From assembly GCA_037481815.1 (NCBI GenBank), contig JBBFKX010000002.1, forward strand, positions 192,001 to 256,000: a DNA stretch of 64,000 nt, given 5' to 3'. Shown piece after piece: positions 52,694-62,419 of this stretch. A model generated the notes under the pieces. That model was not told the origin of the DNA, made no database searches, and saw only the letters and a program-made list of their open reading frames with translations. Numbering within the stretch: the first letter of the stretch is position 1; each line of letters opens with the position of its first letter. The position numbers and the translations under genes were made by a program. Origin of the DNA: a candidate division WOR-3 bacterium. GTDB lineage: Bacteria; Hydrothermota; 32-111.

Positions 52694-53324
52694 TTCCAAG
52701 CCTCTCGATTTCTTTCATTATTATTGAAGTCACGATCTTTGAATTTTTTGAATTTGGTGGTAACTCAGGTAACACTATCGGTTCACCAACGATCAATTCG
52801 ATTCTATCCAATCTTAAAAGTTGTCTTAAAAATGGTTTGTCAGTATTTTTTAAAAATATTGGAATGATTTTCGCTCTACTCTTTAAAGCGATATACCCTA
52901 CACCACTTTTACCTTCAAGTAGTTTATCAGTCTTATTCCTTGTTCCTTCCGGAAAGATTACAAGATAGTTTTCATTCTCAAGTGCTTCCAGCGCCTTTTT
53001 TATTGCTGTTGCATCCATACCTGTTCTATCAAGCGGAATCGCATGCAAGATTTTTAAAATCTTTGTAAAAAATGGGTTTATCTGGAACAACTCTTTTTTT
53101 GCAAGAAGATAAACATCAAAACTTCTTCTAAAAGAATAGGCAAAGGTACCAACAAGTGGTGGATCGTTAAACGACCTATGGTTGGCAACAAGAATTAACT
53201 TTCTTTCTTTTAATTTTATTTTACCTTTTACCTTTGCACCGAGTAAAAAATGGTAATAGAAATTGGCAAGGAAATATATAAAATTATACGCCTGCCTTGC
53301 GCTTCTTCGCCTCCTGGATAACAA
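52674..53324 (-). CDS. plsC: 1-acyl-sn-glycerol-3-phosphate acyltransferase
   Basis: NHRSFND, AKKELF, FPEGTR; start uncertain (TTG inside cmk). Confidence 0.85.
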   Translation of the reverse strand: MLSRRRRSARQAYNFIYFLANFYYHFLLGAKVKGKIKLKERKLILVANHRSFNDPPLVGTFAYSFRRSFDVYLLAKKELFQINPFFTKILKILHAIPLDRTGMDATAIKKALEALENENYLVIFPEGTRNKTDKLLEGKSGVGYIALKSRAKIIPIFLKNTDKPFLRQLLRLDRIELIVGEPIVLPELPPNSKNSKIVTSIIMKEIERLGNENHSC

Positions 53325-53958
53325 TGTCTATCTGTTCCTCCTTACTCAGATTAGTAGTATCAATCAGAATAGCATCTTCTGCCATTCTTAAAGGTGCATT
53401 TTCTCTGTTTCTGTCCCTGTTGTCTCTATCGATAATTTCCTGTTTCAATTTTTCAAAATCAACATCTATACCTTTTTCGATATACTCTTTGTATCGTCTT
53501 TTTGCCCTTTCTTCAACAGAACAATCGAAAAAGAATTTTAAATCAGCATCTGGAAAAACGACCGTTCCAATATCTCTTCCTTCAGCCACGAGCGAGTACT
53601 TTTTCCCCATCTCTCTCTGTAGTTTTACAAGTCGTTCTCTCACCTTAGAAAATGTAGATACTTTGGATGCTGTTTGAGAGATTTTTTCGTTTCTTATTTT
53701 ATCACTTATGTCTTCGCCATTTAAAAGAATTTTCAATTCGCCTGCGTTATTTTCAAGTTCTATTTTAACATTATCGACGATTTGATTTATTGCATCTTCA
53801 TCCTGTGGATCAATATTTTTTGAAAGAACATAGTAAGCGAACGCTCTATACATTGCACCTGTATCTAGGTAGGTTATGTTTAACTTTTTTGCAACACCTT
53901 TTGCTGTAGTTGTCTTACCACTTGCAGCAGGTCCATCTATCGCAATTATAAAATTCAT
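53284..53958 (-). CDS. cmk: Cytidylate kinase
   Basis: DGPAASGKTT, LDTGAMYR, EGRDIGTVVFP. Confidence 0.97.
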   Translation of the reverse strand: MNFIIAIDGPAASGKTTTAKGVAKKLNITYLDTGAMYRAFAYYVLSKNIDPQDEDAINQIVDNVKIELENNAGELKILLNGEDISDKIRNEKISQTASKVSTFSKVRERLVKLQREMGKKYSLVAEGRDIGTVVFPDADLKFFFDCSVEERAKRRYKEYIEKGIDVDFEKLKQEIIDRDNRDRNRENAPLRMAEDAILIDTTNLSKEEQIDIVIQEAKKRKAGV

Positions 53959-53964
53959 TCAATT

Positions 53965-53992
53965 ATTATATTTATGATAATCTTTAAGTCAA
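53965..53992 (-). promoter_or_regulatory. Probable leaderless sigma70 promoter of cmk-plsC-ispH-rpsA-pyrG
   Basis: TTGACT-N16-TATAAT-N6-ATG. Confidence 0.75.
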
Positions 53993-54003
53993 CATTTAAT
54001 TTT

Positions 54004-57000
54004 TCATTTCAACAACAGGATTTTTTCCTTTATTTTTTTATTTTTATTTTTTAACTCTCCAACAAGAAAATAAGTTCCTTTCGATACATAAGAGTTTGAA
54101 TGGTTTTTTAAGTTCCATTTGAATATATAACCACCTCTTTCAATCTTACTATCAAAAATCGTTTTTACAAATGAACCTTTATTATCAACTATATAAAGTT
54201 TGAGTTCATCAAATACTGGAACGTTGACTTTGATTTTCACATCCTTTCCAAAGTTAAAACCATTAACAAGGTCCATTTTAAAAACTGTATCATTTCTTCC
54301 AAGGTTGTATGCTTGCTCAAATCCCTGATAACCGCAAACAAAATATCCACCTGTTTGATACGCTGATGATAAAGGATCATACACAAAAGCTCTCCAAAAG
54401 TAGGTTTTTCCAATTTCAAGTTCATTCTGTTCGTTAAGGGTTATCGAAGCGATTTCACCGGAAGCATAAGCAGGTTTACTCCATAAAGATGAATCAACTC
54501 TCATATCGAAATCTCTTACTATGTTTGAAAATAAAGAATCAGTAGATATTTCAATATGATATTTCAAAACTGTATCAGGATCAGCATCAGAAGCGGTCAT
54601 CGACAACGTCGGCCTATTAGAAACAATCTCTCCATTTACAGGTGAAAGAAGTATAAGATCTGTTGGTTTCGAATTTAAAACTATACCATCTGACTCTAAA
54701 ACATCAGAAAATATACCTGCGTTGTTTTCCGCAAAAAGATGTATGTGATAATTCACATATCTTACGACTCCACTTATTGATGCTCCATTAGCAAAAGTGT
54801 TAAGAGTGCAAACTTTTACCGTTTGGTGATCTGATGTTTTTAAGGAAACATAAAGTCCCTTTATACCACTCTCATCATCTTTTGGTATACCGTTCCACGA
54901 AAAATTCAGATTGTTTTTATAAGGTATCATTGTACCCTCATCAACAACAGGTCCTGAAATTCCATACGGCTTTGTTGAATCAACTGTAGCAAAAAGTGTT
55001 GCTTTCGAAACAATTCCATAGTTATCTTTAACCTCTATGAAAAGATTGTGATCCCTTCTATCAGCAAGAAGAGTACACTGGTATGTTGGTTGATATGGTC
55101 TGAAAATTCCTTTATCTATTATATTTTCAGAAAATCTAACAGAATCAGGAACTATAGATTTTGAAACATTCAAATATAGTGTTGGATATCTTGTAGAAAC
55201 ATACCTTGAGGTTGAATTGTTGAAAAGTGGATTAAAATTGATTCCATCTTTGTCATAATCGATATATTTTGTTATCGTTGAAGACCAGTTACCCATCTCA
55301 TCTTTAAATCTGACCGATATACCTTTGGTTCCCTCAAGTGTATCGGCAAATGGGAAAACAAGACCTGTAGTTACTGGAACGATCACTCCATTCACCTCTG
55401 CACTTATACTTTTTGAAAGGTCATCATAAGCATATAGATCCACTGTACAGTATGGGAGAGTTGTAAACAGAGCACCGTGGTTTACTGAAAGTGAACAGTT
55501 GTATGGTGGTTGATTGTCAAAAATAATGTTATCGTATATTTTCCCAAAACCTAATCCGTTTTTAAAAAACTGTCCATATACTGTTTTACTTCCCTGGTTT
55601 GTAGTCAAAGACCAGTTTATGTTCTCATAGTTTGAAAAGTAAGTGTTTCTTAAAGAAAAGTTTTCATAGTTTGATATCCATAAAGAATCTGGAGCTGAAT
55701 ATATTTTAAACGCAAGGTCTGTTACAACACCACCATAAGGATACCAGTTGCCCGCTGTTGGTGAATAATAGGTTTGTCCATCAGGATATGGGTTCATATA
55801 ACTTACCATACAAACACCATTAAAAGTTGAACCAAAAAGATCAGTGTAAAGAACAATATGATAAAGCGAATCTGGATCAACATTAACTGGAGGATTTAAA
55901 CTTATATATTTCCAGGAAGAATCGGATACAGGTGGCAGGAAACCATAACCTAACATTCTGTTCGGGATATGATAAGAACCCGATAGTGTATCAGAATAGA
56001 TTGCAGCATAAATACCAGGTGAATTTACATTCTTTGTAACTATTCCGATCGCTGAAATTTTATCAGTATGAGGTATAAAAGATTGTGCTAAAGGCATTCC
56101 TCCATACTCATACTCATAAGTTGTATTACTTGATGTTATGATCTTTGGAAAAGCTTTTACCGTAACATTTGTGTTGTTAGTATATTCAGAATCATCGTTT
56201 ATAGTTAAACTTCCTCTTTCAACAAAATTTATAGTTTTTTCAACTCTATCGCCTTCTATTTTTTCACTGTTGAAAAATTTTACATAGACAGTATAAACTC
56301 CAGGTTCAGATGGTATATCAATACTTATCCTGTCTGTGGTATAAGGAAGATCGTATTTTGTATAATCGAGGTATCCATTAACACCTGTCTCAACATATCT
56401 AACAGGGAAAAAAGAATCTGTTGCAACAAGATTCATCGAAACTTTTGGAGAAAATACTATCGTATCAGGATTAACTATGTTTCCATTTGGTCCATTTACA
56501 ACCATTATAAGAGAATCCTTAACAGGTGTTGATTGGTTTCCAGCAAGATCCTTAAAAGAATACCAGTAGTATGTCCAACCATTTGTTGCTGGCTTATCGA
56601 GAGGTAGATCGATCACTATAAAACTATCAATTCCAACATTTTTAATGTTGAATTCACTCCATGGCAAAAGGTTTGTTCTGATCAAAACTGAATAAAATCC
56701 TGAATAGTTGTCAGTTGCTTTGAATTTTACCTTTGGAGTTTTTAACCAACTAACGATATATTTTCCGTTACTATAATAGTAGTTATCAACATAGGTCCTT
56801 GTTCCAGTTGGAGGGATGGTATCATAACTGTTCAGAAAAAATTCTTTTGCTAGATGTTGATTTGAACCAACATGAATGTAAGTATAGAAGGGTTGAAAAG
56901 CAGGGTGTGTGACTTTAACAAGATATTTGAATGTGGTATCTGAAAGAGGCATTACTCTTTTGAATTTGAAATATCCAATGCTATCAGTGATCACATTATA

Positions 57001-58728
57001 ACTTCCCAAAGAAACTTTCGCGTTTGAAATGGGATCCCCTTTGGTGTTAAAAACTTTACCTTCGAGTGTTGAATAAACATTCATAGATACAGTATCAACA
57101 TATCCTGTTATCGGAATGTTGTTTGTAACAATATAAAATGAGGTTGGAGCATAGTTCGAAGTTGAGTCTGGAATAGCACTACATAAAACAGTGTCGTTTC
57201 CTGGACAATTTGCTGTAAAACAATTCAAAGAAGGGTAAAATTCTTTCACTCCATCGTTTGAACTTATCGTGAAACTCTTCACATCCATGAAAGCTTTATT
57301 CAAAGAATCAAGCAATGTCACCGTTAATAATTTCGTTGGTGGTACAACTGTTTCAACAAAAGAATAGGTGTTATTGGTATAAACTATCTCTTCCACATTT
57401 CTATCAGGATTGATTTCTGCAGTTATGTAATGATCACCAGGTGTAGAAAATGTATAATTAACAAAAGCCCACCCATAGCCTGTTGGGTATAAAGAATCTG
57501 TTTCAACCTCTAAAGTATCAATATTATCAATGACAATTCTTATAATGGTTTTATCTGACATATTATGATCATCGATGTTTGAATAAGAGATTCCTATTTG
57601 AGTTGAAATTCCTGCCTGGGTGAAAAGTACAGGATGTCCCCAATTATCAACAGAAAAAACTAGAATCTTGTCAATTTTCAAATCTGGTCTGAACAAAGGT
57701 TCTCCAACGACCTTTATTGGAATCTGTATATACTTATCATATTCAGATACCGGTATATCCCAGACAAGACTTCTAACACCAAGAAACTCATAAAAATCGT
57801 TATCAATCCAATATGTTGAAGCGATAGTGATCCCGAATGATGATAGAGCAAGTCCGATTCTTCTATAGAGATCAATATTATAGTATGGATTTCTTATATA
57901 TAGATATCCTTGTGAGTTTTGTAAAGCAAAAGAATCAACATAAACTTTCAAAAATAAGGTATCCTCTCTGCTATTTATGGTTCTTAAATAGATCGGAGAT
58001 TTAATAATACTTCCATCACCCTCGGTTAACATTAAAACCTTTCCATTTTCAATTTTAAATCCTCCACAAAGTTTTAATGATAATATATCGAAAAGTCCTA
58101 AAACATCTGAAGCACCAGAAGAACCATCATCTTTTGGAATAACACTCAAAGTATCCCCATCACTATCGACTATTGTAGCAACTTTACCACCACTTGAAGA
58201 TGCACCTTTTATATCTGGAATCAAACTTAAAAAATCAATATAATCATCACCTTTTGCTTTTTCTCCAGGATAAAATGGAGGATTATCACTCGATTCTATA
58301 TTTAGATTGAAATCAAATCCCAATGATGGACCAGTTGCCCATGTCCCGCCCAAAAGTCCAAACAATCTTGTTTTTATACCCACTCCAGCACACGCACCAA
58401 AATTTGAATATATGACCGGTTTTGAACCCTTAACTGGTTTTGTGATAATCTTAACACGCAACGATTCACCCTGAATAACCGAATCGGTGTCATAGATCAC
58501 ATGTATCTCAAGATCAGAATAAAGATTACATGAAGCAAGTCCAACTGCAAATTCAGCATATGCTTGATACCATTCCAAAGGATCAGTAATTGACTCATAA
58601 ATATCTATACCATCTCCAGAATTATTTTCACTATGTTTTAAAGGAATAGTTTTTTTATAATCTATAACAGTTGAATTTAAATAGATAAAAAAAACAAAGG
58701 ATAATACGAAAACAAAATATTTTCTCAT
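54004..58728 (-). CDS. Large secreted multidomain protein (CARDB, carboxypeptidase-regulatory-like, Ig/FN3 repeats, FlgD/T9SS-type CTD)
   Basis: Signal peptide; PDLKI...INPDRNVEE..YTNN; GKV....GDPISNAKV...TDSIGYF; DTIPP/DNQPP/DSTKP linkers; IVDNKG..VKTI...W...VSKGTYF. Confidence 0.7.
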   Translation of the reverse strand: MRKYFVFVLSFVFFIYLNSTVIDYKKTIPLKHSENNSGDGIDIYESITDPLEWYQAYAEFAVGLASCNLYSDLEIHVIYDTDSVIQGESLRVKIITKPVKGSKPVIYSNFGACAGVGIKTRLFGLLGGTWATGPSLGFDFNLNIESSDNPPFYPGEKAKGDDYIDFLSLIPDIKGASSSGGKVATIVDSDGDTLSVIPKDDGSSGASDVLGLFDILSLKLCGGFKIENGKVLMLTEGDGSIIKSPIYLRTINSREDTLFLKVYVDSFALQNSQGYLYIRNPYYNIDLYRRIGLALSSFGITIASTYWIDNDFYEFLGVRSLVWDIPVSEYDKYIQIPIKVVGEPLFRPDLKIDKILVFSVDNWGHPVLFTQAGISTQIGISYSNIDDHNMSDKTIIRIVIDNIDTLEVETDSLYPTGYGWAFVNYTFSTPGDHYITAEINPDRNVEEIVYTNNTYSFVETVVPPTKLLTVTLLDSLNKAFMDVKSFTISSNDGVKEFYPSLNCFTANCPGNDTVLCSAIPDSTSNYAPTSFYIVTNNIPITGYVDTVSMNVYSTLEGKVFNTKGDPISNAKVSLGSYNVITDSIGYFKFKRVMPLSDTTFKYLVKVTHPAFQPFYTYIHVGSNQHLAKEFFLNSYDTIPPTGTRTYVDNYYYSNGKYIVSWLKTPKVKFKATDNYSGFYSVLIRTNLLPWSEFNIKNVGIDSFIVIDLPLDKPATNGWTYYWYSFKDLAGNQSTPVKDSLIMVVNGPNGNIVNPDTIVFSPKVSMNLVATDSFFPVRYVETGVNGYLDYTKYDLPYTTDRISIDIPSEPGVYTVYVKFFNSEKIEGDRVEKTINFVERGSLTINDDSEYTNNTNVTVKAFPKIITSSNTTYEYEYGGMPLAQSFIPHTDKISAIGIVTKNVNSPGIYAAIYSDTLSGSYHIPNRMLGYGFLPPVSDSSWKYISLNPPVNVDPDSLYHIVLYTDLFGSTFNGVCMVSYMNPYPDGQTYYSPTAGNWYPYGGVVTDLAFKIYSAPDSLWISNYENFSLRNTYFSNYENINWSLTTNQGSKTVYGQFFKNGLGFGKIYDNIIFDNQPPYNCSLSVNHGALFTTLPYCTVDLYAYDDLSKSISAEVNGVIVPVTTGLVFPFADTLEGTKGISVRFKDEMGNWSSTITKYIDYDKDGINFNPLFNNSTSRYVSTRYPTLYLNVSKSIVPDSVRFSENIIDKGIFRPYQPTYQCTLLADRRDHNLFIEVKDNYGIVSKATLFATVDSTKPYGISGPVVDEGTMIPYKNNLNFSWNGIPKDDESGIKGLYVSLKTSDHQTVKVCTLNTFANGASISGVVRYVNYHIHLFAENNAGIFSDVLESDGIVLNSKPTDLILLSPVNGEIVSNRPTLSMTASDADPDTVLKYHIEISTDSLFSNIVRDFDMRVDSSLWSKPAYASGEIASITLNEQNELEIGKTYFWRAFVYDPLSSAYQTGGYFVCGYQGFEQAYNLGRNDTVFKMDLVNGFNFGKDVKIKVNVPVFDELKLYIVDNKGSFVKTIFDSKIERGGYIFKWNLKNHSNSYVSKGTYFLVGELKNKNKKIKEKILLLK

Positions 58729-58748
58729 AATTCCTCCATTTTATTATA

Positions 58749-58776
58749 ATTTTAACAAAAAATAAGTTTAAATCAA
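58749..58776 (-). promoter_or_regulatory. sigma70 promoter of the large secreted protein gene
   Basis: TTGATT-N16-TAAAAT, divergent from the gntR promoter. Confidence 0.5.
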
Positions 58777-58785
58777 TAAATCAAG

Positions 58786-58823
58786 TTGAAAAATTATTTT
58801 TTGTATATATAATAGATACAAAA
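58786..58823 (+). promoter_or_regulatory. gntR promoter with overlapping palindromic operator
   Basis: TTGAAA-N16-TATAAT; inverted repeat TTTTGTATATAT-A-ATAGATACAAAA (58799..58823) covers the -10. Confidence 0.7.
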
Positions 58824-58833
58824 TGGAGGAAAA

Positions 58834-59211
58834 ATGAATATTTTGATAGACACAGAATCACCAATTCCTGTCTACCAGCAAATAAAAAATCAACTGAAAG
58901 GAATGATAATATCAAAAGAACTTTCAAAAGGAGTAAAGATCCCGAGTATAAGAGATCTTGCATCAATGCTGGGAGTTTCGATCAACACGGTTGCAAGGGC
59001 ATACTATGAACTTGAAAAAGACGGATTTTTAAAACTCGATGGAAGAAGGGGAAGTGAAATAGTTGATAGCCCTGAACCCGATGAAAATCAGAAGAAAGAA
59101 TTTCTGGTAAAATTAACAGAAGAATACCTTTTAAGAACAAAAGAATTTTTATATTCAAAAGAAGAAATTTTGAAAATCGTTAAAGAAAAATATGATGAAA
59201 TCTATTATTGA
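58834..59211 (+). CDS. GntR family regulator, YtrA subfamily
   Basis: PVYQQI, PSIRDLA..LGVSINTVARAY.ELE; short 125 aa. Confidence 0.9.
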   Translation: MNILIDTESPIPVYQQIKNQLKGMIISKELSKGVKIPSIRDLASMLGVSINTVARAYYELEKDGFLKLDGRRGSEIVDSPEPDENQKKEFLVKLTEEYLLRTKEFLYSKEEILKIVKEKYDEIYY

Positions 59212-60547
59212 CCGCAATCTCCCTCAAAAAGAGATCCTTCATTTTCTAAAATCTTTTAAAAATGAGAATTACTTTTTTGTTGGCGGTTTTGTTAGAGATT
59301 TTCTTTTAGGAAAAAAAGATTTTGAAGATTTTGATGTTTTAGTGATAACGGAAAACTTTGAAAAAGAATTATCAAATTTAAAAGTGAAACCCATCATTGT
59401 TAACGATAGGTTCAACACTTTAAGATTTTTTATTGAAGGGAAACAAATTGATATCACTTTTGCAAAATCTTTAACCGACGATTTAAAAAGACGAGATTTT
59501 ACAATAAACAGTATTGCAATGGACAATAAGGGAAACATAATCGATCCCCACGGTTACAAAAAAGATTTAAGAAAAAAAATTATAAGATTATCAAATGAAA
59601 ATTCCTTTAAAGATGATCCTTTAAGAATTTTGAGAGCGTTCAGATTCAGATATGAACTTAATTTCAAATTTTCAAAAGGATTAAGAAATTTTATCCTCGA
59701 AAGTAAATATCTTTTAAAAAATGTTGCAAAGGAAAGAATTTCTTTTGAATTAAAAAAAATTTTATCATATGAAAATGGTGAAACGATTTTCAAAGATTTA
59801 AAGGATTATGGTATACTTGAAATAATTTTTCCCGAAGTCGATAAAACCAAAAATTTCGTTCATAAAAAATTTAAAAGCAGATATTTGTTGAACCATCTTA
59901 TAAACACAGTTTTTGCTGCAAAAAAAATTTCAAAACAAAATGTTCCAGAGGAATGGAAAGTTTATTTCAAAAAATATTATTATGAAGTTTATTTAGCATC
60001 TTTTTTTCATGATATAAAAAAACCTGAATCCTTTAAAATTTTAAATAAAAGACAGACATTTTTTAACCATGATCTTCTCTCTTCAATTTATGTTGAAAAA
60101 GTTTTAAAGGAGAGTTTAAAACTCTCAAATGAAGAAACAAAAAGGATTCAAAAACTCGTCAAAAATCATATGAGACCACATTATCTTTTAAATTCCAAAA
60201 ATTTAACAGAGAAAGGACTTTATAAAATTTTAAAAGATAATGGGGATGATCTTGAAGGTCTTTTTTTAGTTTCTATGGCTGATCAACTATCAAGCGAAGG
60301 TATCTTCGATGAAAGGTATATAAAACTTTATCAGGACATAAAACTTTTTGAAAAAAAACTTAAAGATAAAAAAATAAATTTTATATCCGGTAAAGATATC
60401 CTTGAAAAATTCAAAATAAAACCTGGTCCACTCGTTGGAAAGATGATAAAAGAGGGTAACTATTTTGCGATCAAAAATTCGATAACAGATAAAGAAAAGA
60501 TCTTGGCTTACCTTGAACAGAAATTTGGAAAATTTCAAAAATCCTGA
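59192..60547 (+). CDS. Class II tRNA nucleotidyltransferase with HD-like region (probably CC-adding)
   Basis: VGGFVRD..DFD, DLKRRDFTINS, DDPLRILRAFRF, ERI..EL, HDI.K. Confidence 0.85.
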   Translation: MMKSIIDRNLPQKEILHFLKSFKNENYFFVGGFVRDFLLGKKDFEDFDVLVITENFEKELSNLKVKPIIVNDRFNTLRFFIEGKQIDITFAKSLTDDLKRRDFTINSIAMDNKGNIIDPHGYKKDLRKKIIRLSNENSFKDDPLRILRAFRFRYELNFKFSKGLRNFILESKYLLKNVAKERISFELKKILSYENGETIFKDLKDYGILEIIFPEVDKTKNFVHKKFKSRYLLNHLINTVFAAKKISKQNVPEEWKVYFKKYYYEVYLASFFHDIKKPESFKILNKRQTFFNHDLLSSIYVEKVLKESLKLSNEETKRIQKLVKNHMRPHYLLNSKNLTEKGLYKILKDNGDDLEGLFLVSMADQLSSEGIFDERYIKLYQDIKLFEKKLKDKKINFISGKDILEKFKIKPGPLVGKMIKEGNYFAIKNSITDKEKILAYLEQKFGKFQKS

Positions 60548-61212
60548 ATTACACCATCCACAAGTTTAACAACCCTATCACCATGTTTTACAAGTTCTTC
60601 GTTATGGGTTATTATAAGAAAAGTTGTTTTTCTTTCAAAATTTATTTTTTTGAAAATTTCCATAATATTTTCAGAATTTTTCGAATCCAGGTTTCCAGTT
60701 GGTTCATCTGCGAGGATGATTTCGGGATCATTGATTAGAGCCCTTGCTATTGCAACTCTTTGTTGTTCACCGCCAGAAAGTTCGTTGGGTTTATGGTAAA
60801 TCCTATCAGAGAGAGAAAGTGAGTCTAAAAGTTCTATAGATTTTTTCTTCGATTTAAAAAAATTTTTTGTTAAAAAAAGATGTGGAAGCATCACATTTTC
60901 GTATGCAAGGAACTCGTTTAAAAGGTAGTGAAACTGAAAGATGAAACCGATCTTTTGATTTCTCCATCTCGCTTTGCTTCTATCATCAAGTGAATGTATC
61001 AGTTCATTTCTAAAAAACACCTTTCCATCCGACGGGGAATCAAGTGTTCCAAGGATATGTAAGAGTGTTGACTTACCAGCACCTGAAGGTCCAAGAATAA
61101 AAGTGATTTTTCCCTCTTCGATTTCAAGATTTATTCCTTTTAAAACATCGATTTTTTTGTCCTTTACAAAATATGATTTTTTTAAGTCGACTATTTTAAA
61201 AATACTATTCAT
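60535..61212 (-). CDS. lolD: Lipoprotein-releasing ABC ATPase
   Basis: [39 protein letters not shown]. Confidence 0.9.
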   Translation of the reverse strand: MNSIFKIVDLKKSYFVKDKKIDVLKGINLEIEEGKITFILGPSGAGKSTLLHILGTLDSPSDGKVFFRNELIHSLDDRSKARWRNQKIGFIFQFHYLLNEFLAYENVMLPHLFLTKNFFKSKKKSIELLDSLSLSDRIYHKPNELSGGEQQRVAIARALINDPEIILADEPTGNLDSKNSENIMEIFKKINFERKTTFLIITHNEELVKHGDRVVKLVDGVIQDF

Positions 61213-62419
61213 ATTTTATCGCTCTTACTGGATCCATTTTTGATGCCTTGTACGCTGGATAAATAGTCGATACAATTGAAACAACAGAGGTAAGAATCAA
61301 AACAAAAATTACATCCCAGAATTGAACATCAACTGGGAGTTTATCCAAAAGATAAACTTCTCCAGGAAGATCAATAAACTTATACTTTGAAAGCAGAAAA
61401 CATAAAAATAACCCGAGTACTAGTCCTGCTATCGTTCCAATTATATTGATAATAAGTCCCTGATAGATATATATCCTTAAAATATCTTTTTCGGAAAGTC
61501 CCAGAGTTTTTAAAACACCGATCTCTGTTGTTTTTTCCATAACAACCATAATCAATGTTGTGATTATATTGAACGCAGCAACTATAACAACAAGTAGTAA
61601 CAGAAGAAACATTATTTTCTTTTCGAGAGCAAGTGCAGCGAATAGTGATCCGTTGAGTTCTATCCAGTTGTTCGTTCGATATGGATAACCAAGTTTTTTT
61701 TCAATTTTTTTTGCAACCTTCGGTGCGTTGTATATATCTTTTATTCTCAATTCAAGTCCAGTAACTTTACCTTTGAGGCCAAAAATTTCAGATGCTTTCT
61801 TTAAAGGTATATAAACAAGTTCAGCATTATATTGGTACATTCCTGCATCGAATATCCCCGTTACGGTAAATTCACTGATCTTTGGAATCAAAGAACCAAA
61901 AGTTTCTGTTGAACCAAAAGGGGTTGCTATTCTTACTATATCTCCTGTGTGAACTCTTAATTCTTCTGCAAGATCAACTCCCAGAATCAATTCATCATCC
62001 TTTTCAGGAAATCTTCCGAATTTCAAGTGTTTTTTGAAAATTTTGTAGGTGACACTGTCTTCGAGACAGAAACCTCTTATGATTATTCCATTCGTCCAGT
62101 TTTCAAACTGGATCAGACCTTTTGAATAGATAAAAGGTGTAATACTAACAACATCATCAAAAACTTTTAAACTGTCTTCTATTTCCTTATAGTTATCTAT
62201 CGGCTCGTTGAAATATTTTAAAACTATGATGTGGGAATTAACATCAACTATTCTTTCCTTAACATCCTTCTGGAATCCGTTCATAACAGAAAGAACAACG
62301 ATCAACGCTGCAACTCCAATGAATACTCCACCTATGGCTATTGCTGTAACAATGTAACCAAAAAAAGTTTTTCTTGCACCAAAAAGATGTTTTAACGCTA
62401 TAAAAAAAGAGTAGTTCAT
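61205..62419 (-). CDS. lolE: Lipoprotein-releasing ABC permease LolC/E
   Basis: VLSVMNGF, LVVIVAAFNI, EIGVLKTLG, YPAYKAS..DP. Confidence 0.85.
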   Translation of the reverse strand: MNYSFFIALKHLFGARKTFFGYIVTAIAIGGVFIGVAALIVVLSVMNGFQKDVKERIVDVNSHIIVLKYFNEPIDNYKEIEDSLKVFDDVVSITPFIYSKGLIQFENWTNGIIIRGFCLEDSVTYKIFKKHLKFGRFPEKDDELILGVDLAEELRVHTGDIVRIATPFGSTETFGSLIPKISEFTVTGIFDAGMYQYNAELVYIPLKKASEIFGLKGKVTGLELRIKDIYNAPKVAKKIEKKLGYPYRTNNWIELNGSLFAALALEKKIMFLLLLLVVIVAAFNIITTLIMVVMEKTTEIGVLKTLGLSEKDILRIYIYQGLIINIIGTIAGLVLGLFLCFLLSKYKFIDLPGEVYLLDKLPVDVQFWDVIFVLILTSVVSIVSTIYPAYKASKMDPVRAIKYE

